From a virus: a stretch of DNA of 64,000 bases. The stretch is from positions 1 through 64,000 of IMG/VR virus record IMGVR_UViG_3300047095_000535; one strand, 5' to 3'. The translations under genes and the position numbers were made by a program. Shown piece after piece: positions 31,915 through 41,226 of the stretch (position 1 is its first letter; each line of letters opens with the position of its first letter). The notes below the pieces were generated by a model. That model made no database searches. It had not been told where the DNA came from and saw only the letters and a program-made list of their open reading frames with translations.

Positions 31915-32649
31915 ATGGACGACAACGTTAAGACTCTGCTGGATAAAATCCAAGAACTAAAAGCCCCTCTGGTATCGGTATATGTGAATTCTGCCAAACC
32001 TGCGGTTGATTGTACCCCTCTATCGTTTAAACAACAGAAGGATCTTATTTCCACAGTGGCGGATGGGGTTGTTGGGTCTTTAAAGTTCCAAAAGATTCTG
32101 AACGGAGTTGTCATGGAAAATACCGCGTTGGATGATTTAAAAACCACGGACAGGCTGCCCATTATACTACAACTAAGGGCCAATGCGATTGGTGATCAAA
32201 TCAGGGTTGGTGGGGAGAAAGGAAAGCTGTCACCTATTTTGAAAAAGATTAAGAAGTTCAAGGTGGTCCAATCCAAGACGATTACCGGAGACTTGACAGT
32301 GGAAGTGGAAGTTCCTACTCTCGCATCGGAGAATCGGATTATACAGGTTACGATTGATCTACTTAAAAAAGACGGAGAAGCGGAGGTTGGAAAAAATATC
32401 GGTAATGTATATACCCATGAGATTGTAAAATACATCAAATCCATTAAGTTTGGAGAACAGGAATTGGTTTTCTTGGATATCCCCGTGAGTGATAGAGCCA
32501 AAATCGTGGATAATTTGCCAATATCCATCAATAAACAGATCATCGAGTTTATTCAGGACATTAAAAAGGCTGAGACTGAGTTGCTTACAATTGAGCTTAA
32601 TGGGGAAACCAAAATTCTGGAAATTGATGTAGGTTTCTTCGATTCTTAA
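31915..32649 (+). CDS. Baseplate hub assembly protein gp26-like
   Basis: PLSFKQQKDL...DRLPIILQLRANAIGD...EVPTL pattern; ATG 6 nt after TAAATA. Confidence 0.7.
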   Translation: MDDNVKTLLDKIQELKAPLVSVYVNSAKPAVDCTPLSFKQQKDLISTVADGVVGSLKFQKILNGVVMENTALDDLKTTDRLPIILQLRANAIGDQIRVGGEKGKLSPILKKIKKFKVVQSKTITGDLTVEVEVPTLASENRIIQVTIDLLKKDGEAEVGKNIGNVYTHEIVKYIKSIKFGEQELVFLDIPVSDRAKIVDNLPISINKQIIEFIQDIKKAETELLTIELNGETKILEIDVGFFDS

Positions 32650-32669
32650 TGATCGGTTAAATATTATTT

Positions 32670-34604
32670 GTGGATGATAAACTCATACAAATAGTAGGCG
32701 AGCTTTTAGGGCTATTAGACCAGCTTGTAGAAGAAAAGGGCGTTCCCAAGGATAAAGCCCTTGCTGATAAGAACATTGTTGGTACCTCTATTGGGAGTAA
32801 GAAGCTTCCCACCAAGTTACCTCCGAATGCCAAGCGTCTTCTTGAAGAAACATTTACGTTGTTTAACAAGATGTTCTTCGATTATCAGAAGAAAATGGCT
32901 CCCGACACCAAGGATAAAACACTAGCCAAAACTACCATTCCGCCTTCCTTATCATCCAAGAACAAGGAAGGAAAAGAACAATCAGGGGGATTTTGGAGTG
33001 GAATAGGAAAAATCTTTATGGGAGTTGGTACAGCAGCGTTGGCAGCATTGATAGGTGGACTAATGGAGAATGGTCCGTTTAAAGGAGTGGCTAAAATATT
33101 TGCCAAAGTCGGGGTTGGGTTATTCGCTAAAATGTCGGTGAAGCTTCTTAGGCACTTCGGTATTGCGGCGAAACGAATTCCGTTTTTAGGGTCAATTGTA
33201 TCTCTTTGGTTTGCGTGGGACCGATATCAGAATGATGATAACGTAGGTGCGATAATCGATGTGCTTAGTGCGTTATGTAATTTGATTCCACCCCCTTTTG
33301 GCACTGCTTTATCATTAGGGTTGGACGTTCTGAATGCGTATCTGGATGTAAAGTCTGGACAATCAGCAGGAAATCCACAACAGGCTAAAAAAATAGATAT
33401 TCTTAAGGATATGGCGTCTTCTATTGGAACGTTTATATGGAATAATCGAAATTATATTCCGGTATTGAGTTCTATCGACAAGTTTGCGTCGTCGTGGGAT
33501 GAGTTGAAGGCGGGTAAAGTTGTGTCAGGTGTTAAACATTTTGGGTATGCGATGTTTGAGTTGCTTACTGGAATCGATGTGGATAAATTCGCTACCGGAT
33601 TTTCGATATTGACAGGTATGACCAGCAGTACTAAAGCGGAACCTGCCGCCGTTGCCGCCAGTTCGGTCATACCGGATGGTATGATGTCCGCTATCGGGTC
33701 GTGGTTATGGAGTAAACGTCAGTATATACCGATTTTGAGTTCAGTCAATAGATTCATGATGGCGTGGGACGATATTAAAGCGGGAAACATCATGGATGGA
33801 CTAGGAAACATCGGTATAGGTCTTCTTAGTTTCTTAACCGGAGGGGATGCCAAAATGGTTCTCGACGGAATGGGAGCGTTTATGGGTATGGTCGGTGGAA
33901 CGAAAGAAACCGTACAGAAACCCGTCGCGAATTCGTCCATGTTGGAAGATATAGCGGGTTGGATGGCCAAGAAGGTTTCGGAACTCATTGGATGGATAAA
34001 AGATCTGGTATGGGATAGGTTGAAGGCTTTGACCGGAGACTTGGCGAACATGGTTAGCTCTACTTGGACCGGAGACAACGTTAAGCAAATGGTTGACACT
34101 GTTGGTAATAAGGCCAAGGAAGCGGCGAACATTACATTCTCCTATATGAGTAATATATGGGATTCCTTCTCCATGGGATCTAAATCATTGGCGGATAAGT
34201 CCGGTGAAATGATGAAGCAGGTACGCAACACGGTTGCTTCTGCGGAGGCAGGAGTTCGGGAATCCACCAAAGGGATCATGGCGGGAGCTTATATCAAGTT
34301 GGCTGAAGATAAACAATCACTGGTTTCCAAGAGTCCTCCCGTTACTCTGGTTATGCCTGAACGGGGAGAGACGGTGGACACACTAGCCAATTTATACAAA
34401 GCGTCCATAGAGCAGATACGCCTACTTGGATTATTGGTCGGAGTTGGTAATAGCTCATTGTCCGAATTACGCCGAATCGCTGGTATAAGCGGGGGTGGTG
34501 GAGGCGGGGGTATAGCACCTCCCCAAGCATCCAATAAATCACCTCTCATCCAAGTAGCTACTAATAGGGAAGGGTTTGCTGACAGTCCTTATGTCATCGC
34601 TTAA
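32670..34604 (+). CDS. Tape measure/baseplate hub protein (gp29-like)
   Basis: G/A-rich amphipathic helices, KRIPFLGSIVSLWFAWDRY block and an internal duplication (YIPVLSSIDKF / YIPILSSVNRF). Confidence 0.7.
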   Translation: MDDKLIQIVGELLGLLDQLVEEKGVPKDKALADKNIVGTSIGSKKLPTKLPPNAKRLLEETFTLFNKMFFDYQKKMAPDTKDKTLAKTTIPPSLSSKNKEGKEQSGGFWSGIGKIFMGVGTAALAALIGGLMENGPFKGVAKIFAKVGVGLFAKMSVKLLRHFGIAAKRIPFLGSIVSLWFAWDRYQNDDNVGAIIDVLSALCNLIPPPFGTALSLGLDVLNAYLDVKSGQSAGNPQQAKKIDILKDMASSIGTFIWNNRNYIPVLSSIDKFASSWDELKAGKVVSGVKHFGYAMFELLTGIDVDKFATGFSILTGMTSSTKAEPAAVAASSVIPDGMMSAIGSWLWSKRQYIPILSSVNRFMMAWDDIKAGNIMDGLGNIGIGLLSFLTGGDAKMVLDGMGAFMGMVGGTKETVQKPVANSSMLEDIAGWMAKKVSELIGWIKDLVWDRLKALTGDLANMVSSTWTGDNVKQMVDTVGNKAKEAANITFSYMSNIWDSFSMGSKSLADKSGEMMKQVRNTVASAEAGVRESTKGIMAGAYIKLAEDKQSLVSKSPPVTLVMPERGETVDTLANLYKASIEQIRLLGLLVGVGNSSLSELRRIAGISGGGGGGGIAPPQASNKSPLIQVATNREGFADSPYVIA

Positions 34605-34612
34605 ATAATGAT

Positions 34613-35479
34613 ATGGCTGATATAGATGTGGTAAACAATTATGATTGGACTTCTGCGCCAAAAAACTCGACGTTTAGAAAGAACGCGCCGAGGATATGGA
34701 TGCGTTCATATAAGTTGAAAACCAACAATCTAGTCCAGACTATTAAGAATTATCAAAATATAGTGGATAATAAGGACGGAAACGCCAAGTCGTTTTATGA
34801 GAGGATGTATGGGGATGTGGCGGAAGCGGACGAGACTTTCAGGTTCCCATATTTCAATGATTCTATTCGGGCGTTTTCAAACACTTTTGGAGATACTTTC
34901 CAAGATGGTATCGGGGGAGGAAACGGTATAGGAACAGCTTTAAACGATTGGACTAAATCTATGGTCGGCAATATCGCACAGGTGGGAGGGATTATAGGTA
35001 CGGATGCTATGGCTACTGCTACTTCCCAAATATACAATAAAGATTTTATGGGAGCTATAAAAACTGTTTCTGGGGGAGTTGCAGGGGGAGGAAATCCTGG
35101 TTCATATGTGGAAACTCCCATGTTCTATCAGTTTGAAAAAAATGATGGTCCGGTGGAGGTTACATTCGCGTTGTCTAATACTATCAACGAGGGAGCGATT
35201 AAACAAAACAAGGATTTAATCACCAAGCTCACAAAGATGAACCGTCCATTGAGACATAACAGCATTTCAGTCGATCCTCCTAGAATATACAAGATAACTA
35301 TCCCGGGCCATAGGTTCATTCAATGGGCGTGGTGTACCCAATTCAACGTCCAATTTTTAGGGACGAAGCGGATGATTGATAATGATATTGTTCCAGAAGG
35401 ATATCTTATTACCATGGTGTTCCAATCATTGACGCTGGAACACGGCGGGTTCATGGACCAAGTAAACACAGAAGACTAA
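34613..35479 (+). CDS. Baseplate tail-tube cap gp48-like
   Basis: Position after the tape measure; VEVTFALSN...PPRIYKI...CTQFNVQF...ITMVFQSL tube-like fold. Confidence 0.55.
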   Translation: MADIDVVNNYDWTSAPKNSTFRKNAPRIWMRSYKLKTNNLVQTIKNYQNIVDNKDGNAKSFYERMYGDVAEADETFRFPYFNDSIRAFSNTFGDTFQDGIGGGNGIGTALNDWTKSMVGNIAQVGGIIGTDAMATATSQIYNKDFMGAIKTVSGGVAGGGNPGSYVETPMFYQFEKNDGPVEVTFALSNTINEGAIKQNKDLITKLTKMNRPLRHNSISVDPPRIYKITIPGHRFIQWAWCTQFNVQFLGTKRMIDNDIVPEGYLITMVFQSLTLEHGGFMDQVNTED

Positions 35480-35480
35480 C

Positions 35481-35879
35481 ATGATAGATACAGGATTATA
35501 TCAAAACCAGATAGACGCTCTTGATACATTGGATATCATGAACTACGAGAGGATTTTCAAGATTTTTGAGCTATCTGTAAACAACAAGGATTTTTACACC
35601 TACAACATTTTAAAGCGTGTGGATTTTCCGGAGATAGATAATGAGTATATAGAGTTTAGAGACGTGCTTAACAACACTCCTCTAACCATACTTTCCTATA
35701 AGATTTACGGAGATATTAAAAGTTGGTGGATATTATATCTTCTTAATAAGGATAAGTTTGTGGGCGCACCATTTGTTGTAGAAGGTGGTACGCAGATAAA
35801 ATACATCAAGGATTCTTTCAGAACATCCATATATCAGGACATAAATAACGCTACAACGTATGGAGGGAGACACTACTAA
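35481..35879 (+). CDS. Baseplate wedge gp53-like (LysM-like)
   Basis: LTILSYKIYGDIKSWWILYLLN motif. Confidence 0.75.
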   Translation: MIDTGLYQNQIDALDTLDIMNYERIFKIFELSVNNKDFYTYNILKRVDFPEIDNEYIEFRDVLNNTPLTILSYKIYGDIKSWWILYLLNKDKFVGAPFVVEGGTQIKYIKDSFRTSIYQDINNATTYGGRHY

Positions 35880-37213
35880 TGGCTGAAGTTTTTCGTATCA
35901 ATGATATTGAATATGAGTGCGAGTTCACAATTACAAATGCGGACAGTCCTCCTATCAAGCTAACCAAGTCTGCCATTCGTGGTATGACTTTGGTGGATAA
36001 CGTTTTCGATCCATTCGCTTCTGGAACAGTATCCATCGCTAACCCTTACAACTTTCTGGAAAAGGACTTTTTCATTCGGGGAGACGGGCGGGACGAGATG
36101 AAAATAATGTTCAAAATCAAGGATACTTCTCCAACGCAGTATAATAAGCCGTATGAATATGTGTTTTCCATCGTTGATGAAATGGATATGGTAAATCCGG
36201 AAGTTCGTACAGAGAACATAAAAACCTTAACTCTGTTAGATAAGAACGCCTTACCATTCTCTGATAAAATCCCCTATGGTAAGAAATATAGCGGGTTTGT
36301 TGGGGAGATTATAAAAGAGATTGTCACTGAGCTATTAGGGGCCGATAAGATATATAACGAGAGGTGGTCAACTGGAGATTTCGAGCTATTTGATTATATA
36401 CCTCCCGCAACATATAGATATATCGACCTTATTCGGCATTTACTACGACTCTTCTACGCTAAGGATGGAGACTTATATGTTAAGGCTTTGATGGGGTATG
36501 ACTACGAGGCCAAACAGTTCACCTTGGAGTTACTTTCAAACATTTTCAGGAAAAACAAACTAAATCTATTGGAAGCGTTCGTTGTGGGGGATTCATCAGA
36601 CGAGATTAGAGTAAACAACCCCAACCATCCGTATGCGGAAGCACCCATCAGCAAATACTTCGGGGCGGTAAAAAACCTAGGATACTCCACTCCTCAATAC
36701 GGGTGGAGTACGGACTATTTCATCAACAGTCTGGTATTTGGATATAACAAGTTTCTAGGAGTTCAAAATATACGCAAGCTCAAGTTCGAGGATATACGTA
36801 AAAAGTGGAAAACCAAGTTTGTAGACGTTTTTCAGACCCTTCAAGACGCACCAAAACCTTTCGCCGTTAAGAACAAGACGACACCTAAGAAGTTTCGTCG
36901 ATTCCACTTCCCATACCCCATTGAAAACGGGGTGAAGATAGTGGAGGCTGAGATGTATAACGTTCTAACATTTTATAATCTACAGGCGTCGTTCTCCAAT
37001 GTGGGAGACACAACCAGACGGTCAGGCAAGTTCATCGACATCATCTCTACCAGAACCAACGATAGGGACTGGAAGGTGGACCAAAAGCTGTTAGGTAGGT
37101 GGTTCATCACGGAGTTGAGACATGTGTTTGTAGCGGACCTATATACCAATGAAATGATGTGTTCCAAGACCTACGTTGGGCCACACGCGAAGATATCGGA
37201 GGGAGTTGAATAA
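35879..37213 (+). CDS. Baseplate hub gp27-like
   Basis: MTLVDNVFDPFASGTVSI N-terminus and GDTTRRSGKFIDI...LLGRWFITELRHVF C-terminus typical of hub proteins. Confidence 0.65.
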   Translation: MAEVFRINDIEYECEFTITNADSPPIKLTKSAIRGMTLVDNVFDPFASGTVSIANPYNFLEKDFFIRGDGRDEMKIMFKIKDTSPTQYNKPYEYVFSIVDEMDMVNPEVRTENIKTLTLLDKNALPFSDKIPYGKKYSGFVGEIIKEIVTELLGADKIYNERWSTGDFELFDYIPPATYRYIDLIRHLLRLFYAKDGDLYVKALMGYDYEAKQFTLELLSNIFRKNKLNLLEAFVVGDSSDEIRVNNPNHPYAEAPISKYFGAVKNLGYSTPQYGWSTDYFINSLVFGYNKFLGVQNIRKLKFEDIRKKWKTKFVDVFQTLQDAPKPFAVKNKTTPKKFRRFHFPYPIENGVKIVEAEMYNVLTFYNLQASFSNVGDTTRRSGKFIDIISTRTNDRDWKVDQKLLGRWFITELRHVFVADLYTNEMMCSKTYVGPHAKISEGVE

Positions 37214-38139
37214 TGACTAATAAAATCGAGACCCTGCGAGCGATATGCTTCACCCAAGAAGACCTACAAAATGTTGTAGGTATTCAGGATAGTCAATTCA
37301 CGTCAGTTGATATCGACTTCATGGTGGAGTTTAAGAAGGTGTTTGAGCTGGGATTGCCGCAACTCAAAAAGTTCATAAGCAAGCTGGACGAGGAAGGCGC
37401 GGCATTGGACCCATACTCCATTCAGTACTATGTGGATAATTTGAACAATTGTGCGCTAACCGAGTATGTGAAGGAGTACTCCGCGAATAAGAAGTATTTC
37501 CGCCAGTCGCCCGATTGTATGGGATGCACGGGTAATGTGTCACGGTCATGTGCCAGCACTTCCGCCATCGGGTCGGATTATTACCCTACTGGATGCGGGT
37601 TGGACACGTTTGTAAAGCTCCCGCCAATCGTACAGAACTCCCTTACCAATGCGGTAAAGCAGGTTGAGAATGTCTTTAGAAGCAGTATCGCGGGTTGTCT
37701 AGCTTTGGACAATACCCTCCCATTGGTTGATAAAAGTCCCCAATATCGATACATGGAAGAACCAAGAGGTGGAATGGCGCTATCCCCTGCGGGCAACTAT
37801 CTGCTAAAAGACAGTCGTGCCTATGATAACGTGGCGGAATCGTTCTCTGATATAGCGGGTCAGGTACAATCGTATCTGGGATCTGAGGATTATAGAATGT
37901 ACACCTCTAAAAAGCAATATTCTCCATTTACATTGGCACAGAATGAGTCCACTTCCACTAATATGCAGGTCACAGTCAAGGTGGCGGATAAGGACGAGGC
38001 GAAGGAGCTTGCATTTGACCTAATGGGTGATATATTCGATTCCGATGAGCGGAGGAAGTCCGAGATTGTGGTTCCAGTCGAGAACTCCAATAGTAAGATA
38101 TATAAATTAAATACTAATACAGGACAGCTAGGAACATGA
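37213..38139 (+). CDS. Hypothetical baseplate-region protein
   Basis: 308-aa ORF, translationally coupled to the hub gene. Confidence 0.5.
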   Translation: MTNKIETLRAICFTQEDLQNVVGIQDSQFTSVDIDFMVEFKKVFELGLPQLKKFISKLDEEGAALDPYSIQYYVDNLNNCALTEYVKEYSANKKYFRQSPDCMGCTGNVSRSCASTSAIGSDYYPTGCGLDTFVKLPPIVQNSLTNAVKQVENVFRSSIAGCLALDNTLPLVDKSPQYRYMEEPRGGMALSPAGNYLLKDSRAYDNVAESFSDIAGQVQSYLGSEDYRMYTSKKQYSPFTLAQNESTSTNMQVTVKVADKDEAKELAFDLMGDIFDSDERRKSEIVVPVENSNSKIYKLNTNTGQLGT

Positions 38140-38144
38140 CCGTT

Positions 38145-38618
38145 TTAAACGTCTATAACCGCTTTTTCCTTTTCAGAGTCCGTAGGTAAAAGTTTTGTTC
38201 TAAGTAGTTCTTCCCTACTTAATAGGTTTTCAGTGCCAATGTTCATCAGTTTCATTACATTGTTCTTGGAGTCGATATCCATCTGCTTGATCTCTTTTTG
38301 TCCCTTCAGCTTATCCTCCGCTAACTTCAGCTTGGAAAGAGCGTCAATAGCGGAAGTTGTGGCTTTTGCTAATTCGGCAATGCTTTCTACCATTTTGGCG
38401 TCTACCGCCCCGGTACCAACGTCTTTTGACAGGGTTTGTAACATGTCAACACAATTAGAGATTACAGAGGACGCATTATCTATTACAAACTTTTCAATAT
38501 CGTCTTTTGATAAATCTGGTCGATCTTTTTCAATGGTAGAAGTTTTATGATTATGGTTTTTCAATTGGGATATAATATCCTCAACGTCCCGGTCCAAATC
38601 TTCATTATAATCATTCAT
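38145..38618 (-). CDS. Probable terminase small subunit (gp16-like)
   Basis: Helical AKMVESIAELAKATTSAIDALSKL segment and C-terminal SREELL resemble T4-type gp16; start ATG 38618, 5 nt after TAAATA. Confidence 0.55.
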   Translation of the reverse strand: MNDYNEDLDRDVEDIISQLKNHNHKTSTIEKDRPDLSKDDIEKFVIDNASSVISNCVDMLQTLSKDVGTGAVDAKMVESIAELAKATTSAIDALSKLKLAEDKLKGQKEIKQMDIDSKNNVMKLMNIGTENLLSREELLRTKLLPTDSEKEKAVIDV

Positions 38619-38632
38619 GAAAATATTTACCC

Positions 38633-38660
38633 TTGACTTAGGGAAATGATAGGGTAAACT
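38633..38660 (+). promoter_or_regulatory. Sigma70-type promoter TTGACT-N16-TAAACT
   Basis: ATG 38667 lies 6 nt after the -10 element (19-codon ORF ending in an ATGA overlap at 38723); heads the accessory region. Confidence 0.55.
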
Positions 38661-38722
38661 ACTCATATGGTTGATTTAAATAACAAGACGATCCTTGTTC
38701 ATCGTCGGGATAAATATAGTAG

Positions 38723-39100
38723 ATGAAAACCAAGAAACTTATCGAGGAGTTGATGAAAATCGACCCTGCCGGGGAATGTGAGGTCTATTCCATAGGAGAT
38801 ATAGAGTTTTTACAAAGGTTGCCTTGGTACTACGATGGAAGGCCGGGGGTTCTCATACGCGATTTAGACAATACCTTTGAAATGGATGGCAATGTGGTGG
38901 GTATCCGGCAACACACTGAAGAGGATGGAGATAAGATTTATCTACATTGCAAATGCTTGGATGATTTCGCGTGGGATGTGGTTGTAGACAAGGCAGATCC
39001 GGTTATAATCGGGGATGAACATTTCATTGAAAAATGGAAAAGGTACAAAGAAGAAGTGGCTACAACCATGGCCGGGATAAAAGGTTCGTGCGGCGGCTGA
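38723..39100 (+). CDS. Hypothetical protein
   Basis: 125 aa; TAAATA 6 nt upstream. Confidence 0.6.
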   Translation: MKTKKLIEELMKIDPAGECEVYSIGDIEFLQRLPWYYDGRPGVLIRDLDNTFEMDGNVVGIRQHTEEDGDKIYLHCKCLDDFAWDVVVDKADPVIIGDEHFIEKWKRYKEEVATTMAGIKGSCGG

Positions 39101-39113
39101 CTAAATAGATGAA

Positions 39114-39341
39114 GTGAAAGACTTCAAATCCCACATAAAATATGCGATTAGGAGACAGGAAGATGGTTCCTACGCGATTCTACAAAAATACCGGAACAGG
39201 GTTGACATTCACTCCCACTATGATACCTTGGAGGAAGCTCAAGACGCATTTGACGACTTACACACCAAACCTTCTCAAGCAGAGACATTAGATTTTTTCC
39301 ACGGATTAAAAGATGCTATGGATTTTAAACATAAGATATGA
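39114..39341 (+). CDS. Small late protein
   Basis: N-terminus MKDFKSHI; TAAATA 6 nt upstream. Confidence 0.55.
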   Translation: MKDFKSHIKYAIRRQEDGSYAILQKYRNRVDIHSHYDTLEEAQDAFDDLHTKPSQAETLDFFHGLKDAMDFKHKI

Positions 39342-40387
39342 ATATACAAACACAAGTAGTTGAAGCCCGAAACAGTGGAAAAACTTATACGGAGATATAT
39401 CAGGAATTTGGAGTAGCCAAATCCACCGCACAAGATTGGGTGAGAAAATCACAGACGTCGGGGTACCCTACGGTCACTCCTTATATCAATCATAATTTGG
39501 ACCGGGACGGTAAACAAAAATTTCGTAGAACGGAAGAAGAAGTGTTGGACTTCTTGGAACAACTGGCCCCTATAAATCTTCCCGCCCTTAAAGCTTCTGT
39601 TCCAGAAGTGGAGCTGTCGTCCTATGCGGTGGTTTGTTCCGACTTACACTTTCCTTTACAGTGTGAGAAGTCCGTGGCGATATTATTTGAGACTATCAGG
39701 CGTCTAAACCCCTCTACTATAATCATCAATGGCGATAGCTGCGATATTCTAGCTCTATCGAGATTTCCAAAAGATATTGTCAAGGGATATGACCTCTTGA
39801 CAGAGAGAGTCGCCTACCAGAACTTTTTACATGAGTTGATTTCCATTAGTAATGGTGCAACCATTTATGAAACCAACGCCAACCACTCGTCCGGTGGAGT
39901 TGAATCAAGACTTAGACGGTACTTAAATGAACGGATTCCTGAGCTAGCCAAACTGCCGGAAGTGGTGGATATGTTGAGCTATGAGAACCTGTTTCTTGGT
40001 CCCTATAGAGAGTATGTTCAGTTGGTGGACTACGTTGATCTGAACGGGCTATATGTCATGCATGGCACTACAGTAAGGAAGAACCCGGGGAGTTCGGTGA
40101 TGGGCGAAATGGAGCGATTCCGGGCGTCTATAATGATGGGACATGTTCACCGCATGGGATGCGTGAGTTTGCGTCAGCCTTCCATCGGTGCTAGAGAAGA
40201 ACATCAGCTTCGCGGGTATGAAATAGGATGCATGTGCGACCTAAACCCGATTTATGCGAGTAGTCCGAATTGGACCAATGGGTTCGCGATTGTAGCTTTA
40301 GGAGAAGACACGTTCGGAGTCGAACTGGTTTCTATTATAAACGGCGCGGCAACCATTTCAACATTAGGTGCAACAATTGTTGCGTAA
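39338..40387 (+). CDS. HTH-fused calcineurin-like metallophosphoesterase
   Basis: N-terminal HTH (YTEIYQEFGVAKSTAQDWV); SDLH, NGDSCD, ANH, MHG and GHVHR motifs. Confidence 0.8.
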   Translation: MNIQTQVVEARNSGKTYTEIYQEFGVAKSTAQDWVRKSQTSGYPTVTPYINHNLDRDGKQKFRRTEEEVLDFLEQLAPINLPALKASVPEVELSSYAVVCSDLHFPLQCEKSVAILFETIRRLNPSTIIINGDSCDILALSRFPKDIVKGYDLLTERVAYQNFLHELISISNGATIYETNANHSSGGVESRLRRYLNERIPELAKLPEVVDMLSYENLFLGPYREYVQLVDYVDLNGLYVMHGTTVRKNPGSSVMGEMERFRASIMMGHVHRMGCVSLRQPSIGAREEHQLRGYEIGCMCDLNPIYASSPNWTNGFAIVALGEDTFGVELVSIINGAATISTLGATIVA

Positions 40388-40397
40388 ACATTATCGT

Positions 40398-40415
40398 TAA
40401 ACACTAGGATAATTT
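40398..40415 (+). promoter_or_regulatory. TAAACACTAG-box promoter
   Basis: TAAACACTAG-GA-TAATTT, GTG 6 nt later (40422). Confidence 0.75.
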
Positions 40416-40421
40416 GAGGGC

Positions 40422-40724
40422 GTGAAAAAGAAGATTACCAAGATCAACCTCAGTGAAACCACGACAGCGGAATCCGCTAAGTCTGTGGAGGAATATAGAA
40501 GCTCCGATCACCTATCCCCCAATGTGGGATATTGGATTTTAGGGGAGATACAGGTCGAACCTGTGGTGGATGGTCATATGGTGGTTTATAGGACTGTTCG
40601 AAACGGTGTGGCTTGTCCCGGCGTTTTTGTATCGTCCAAGGTTGAAAAAGTAGAGGAAAAACACGGGGTTACATATGTGACCACTGCCAACAGCATTTAT
40701 TTGATAGCGGATTACGAGAAATAA
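40422..40724 (+). CDS. Hypothetical protein
   Basis: 100 aa; box promoter upstream. Confidence 0.6.
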   Translation: MKKKITKINLSETTTAESAKSVEEYRSSDHLSPNVGYWILGEIQVEPVVDGHMVVYRTVRNGVACPGVFVSSKVEKVEEKHGVTYVTTANSIYLIADYEK

Positions 40725-40729
40725 ATTGT

Positions 40730-41218
40730 ATGGAATTTTTAAGAACCAATATAACCCAAGAGTGGAAAGATCTCGTAGAAGAGTTTCCAGAAATCTTTTT
40801 AGAACCTTCCCCTGAAGTATTGGAGGACTTTAAAAGGTGTAAACGAACGTTTGAGGTTGATCAGATTTGCAACCTACGATACGGGTTTGAATGTGGCATT
40901 GGTTGGAAGGACATAATTCGGGATTTTTGTGTAAAAACCCGGGAACTTGTAAACACCGCTAAAGCGAACGGGCATGAGATTCATTTTAAAACCTTTATAC
41001 TGAAGGAAAAGTTGGGCGGGCTTAGAAACCAAGGATTTTTCTATGGACCGGACTATAGGTTGTACTATGAGCAATTCCGGAAAATAGATTCCGAGTTGGA
41101 GTCCAAATCTTACCATGTTTGTGAATGTACTGGCCTTTCAGGAAGTTTGGTCTCCCTCCCCGGTGGATGGTTACAGGTTTTAAACCCGGAGTTAGCTAAA
41201 GCGGCAAACGCTAAGTAA
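40730..41218 (+). CDS. Hypothetical phage protein
   Basis: FECGIGW...KEKLGGLR...VCECTG pattern seen in phage hypothetical proteins. Confidence 0.6.
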   Translation: MEFLRTNITQEWKDLVEEFPEIFLEPSPEVLEDFKRCKRTFEVDQICNLRYGFECGIGWKDIIRDFCVKTRELVNTAKANGHEIHFKTFILKEKLGGLRNQGFFYGPDYRLYYEQFRKIDSELESKSYHVCECTGLSGSLVSLPGGWLQVLNPELAKAANAK

Positions 41219-41226
41219 ATATTGGC

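Noticed and set aside
32915-32927. TAAAACACTAGCC match inside the tape-measure gene
   Set aside because: It is intragenic and has no start codon at the expected distance, so it is treated as a chance match.
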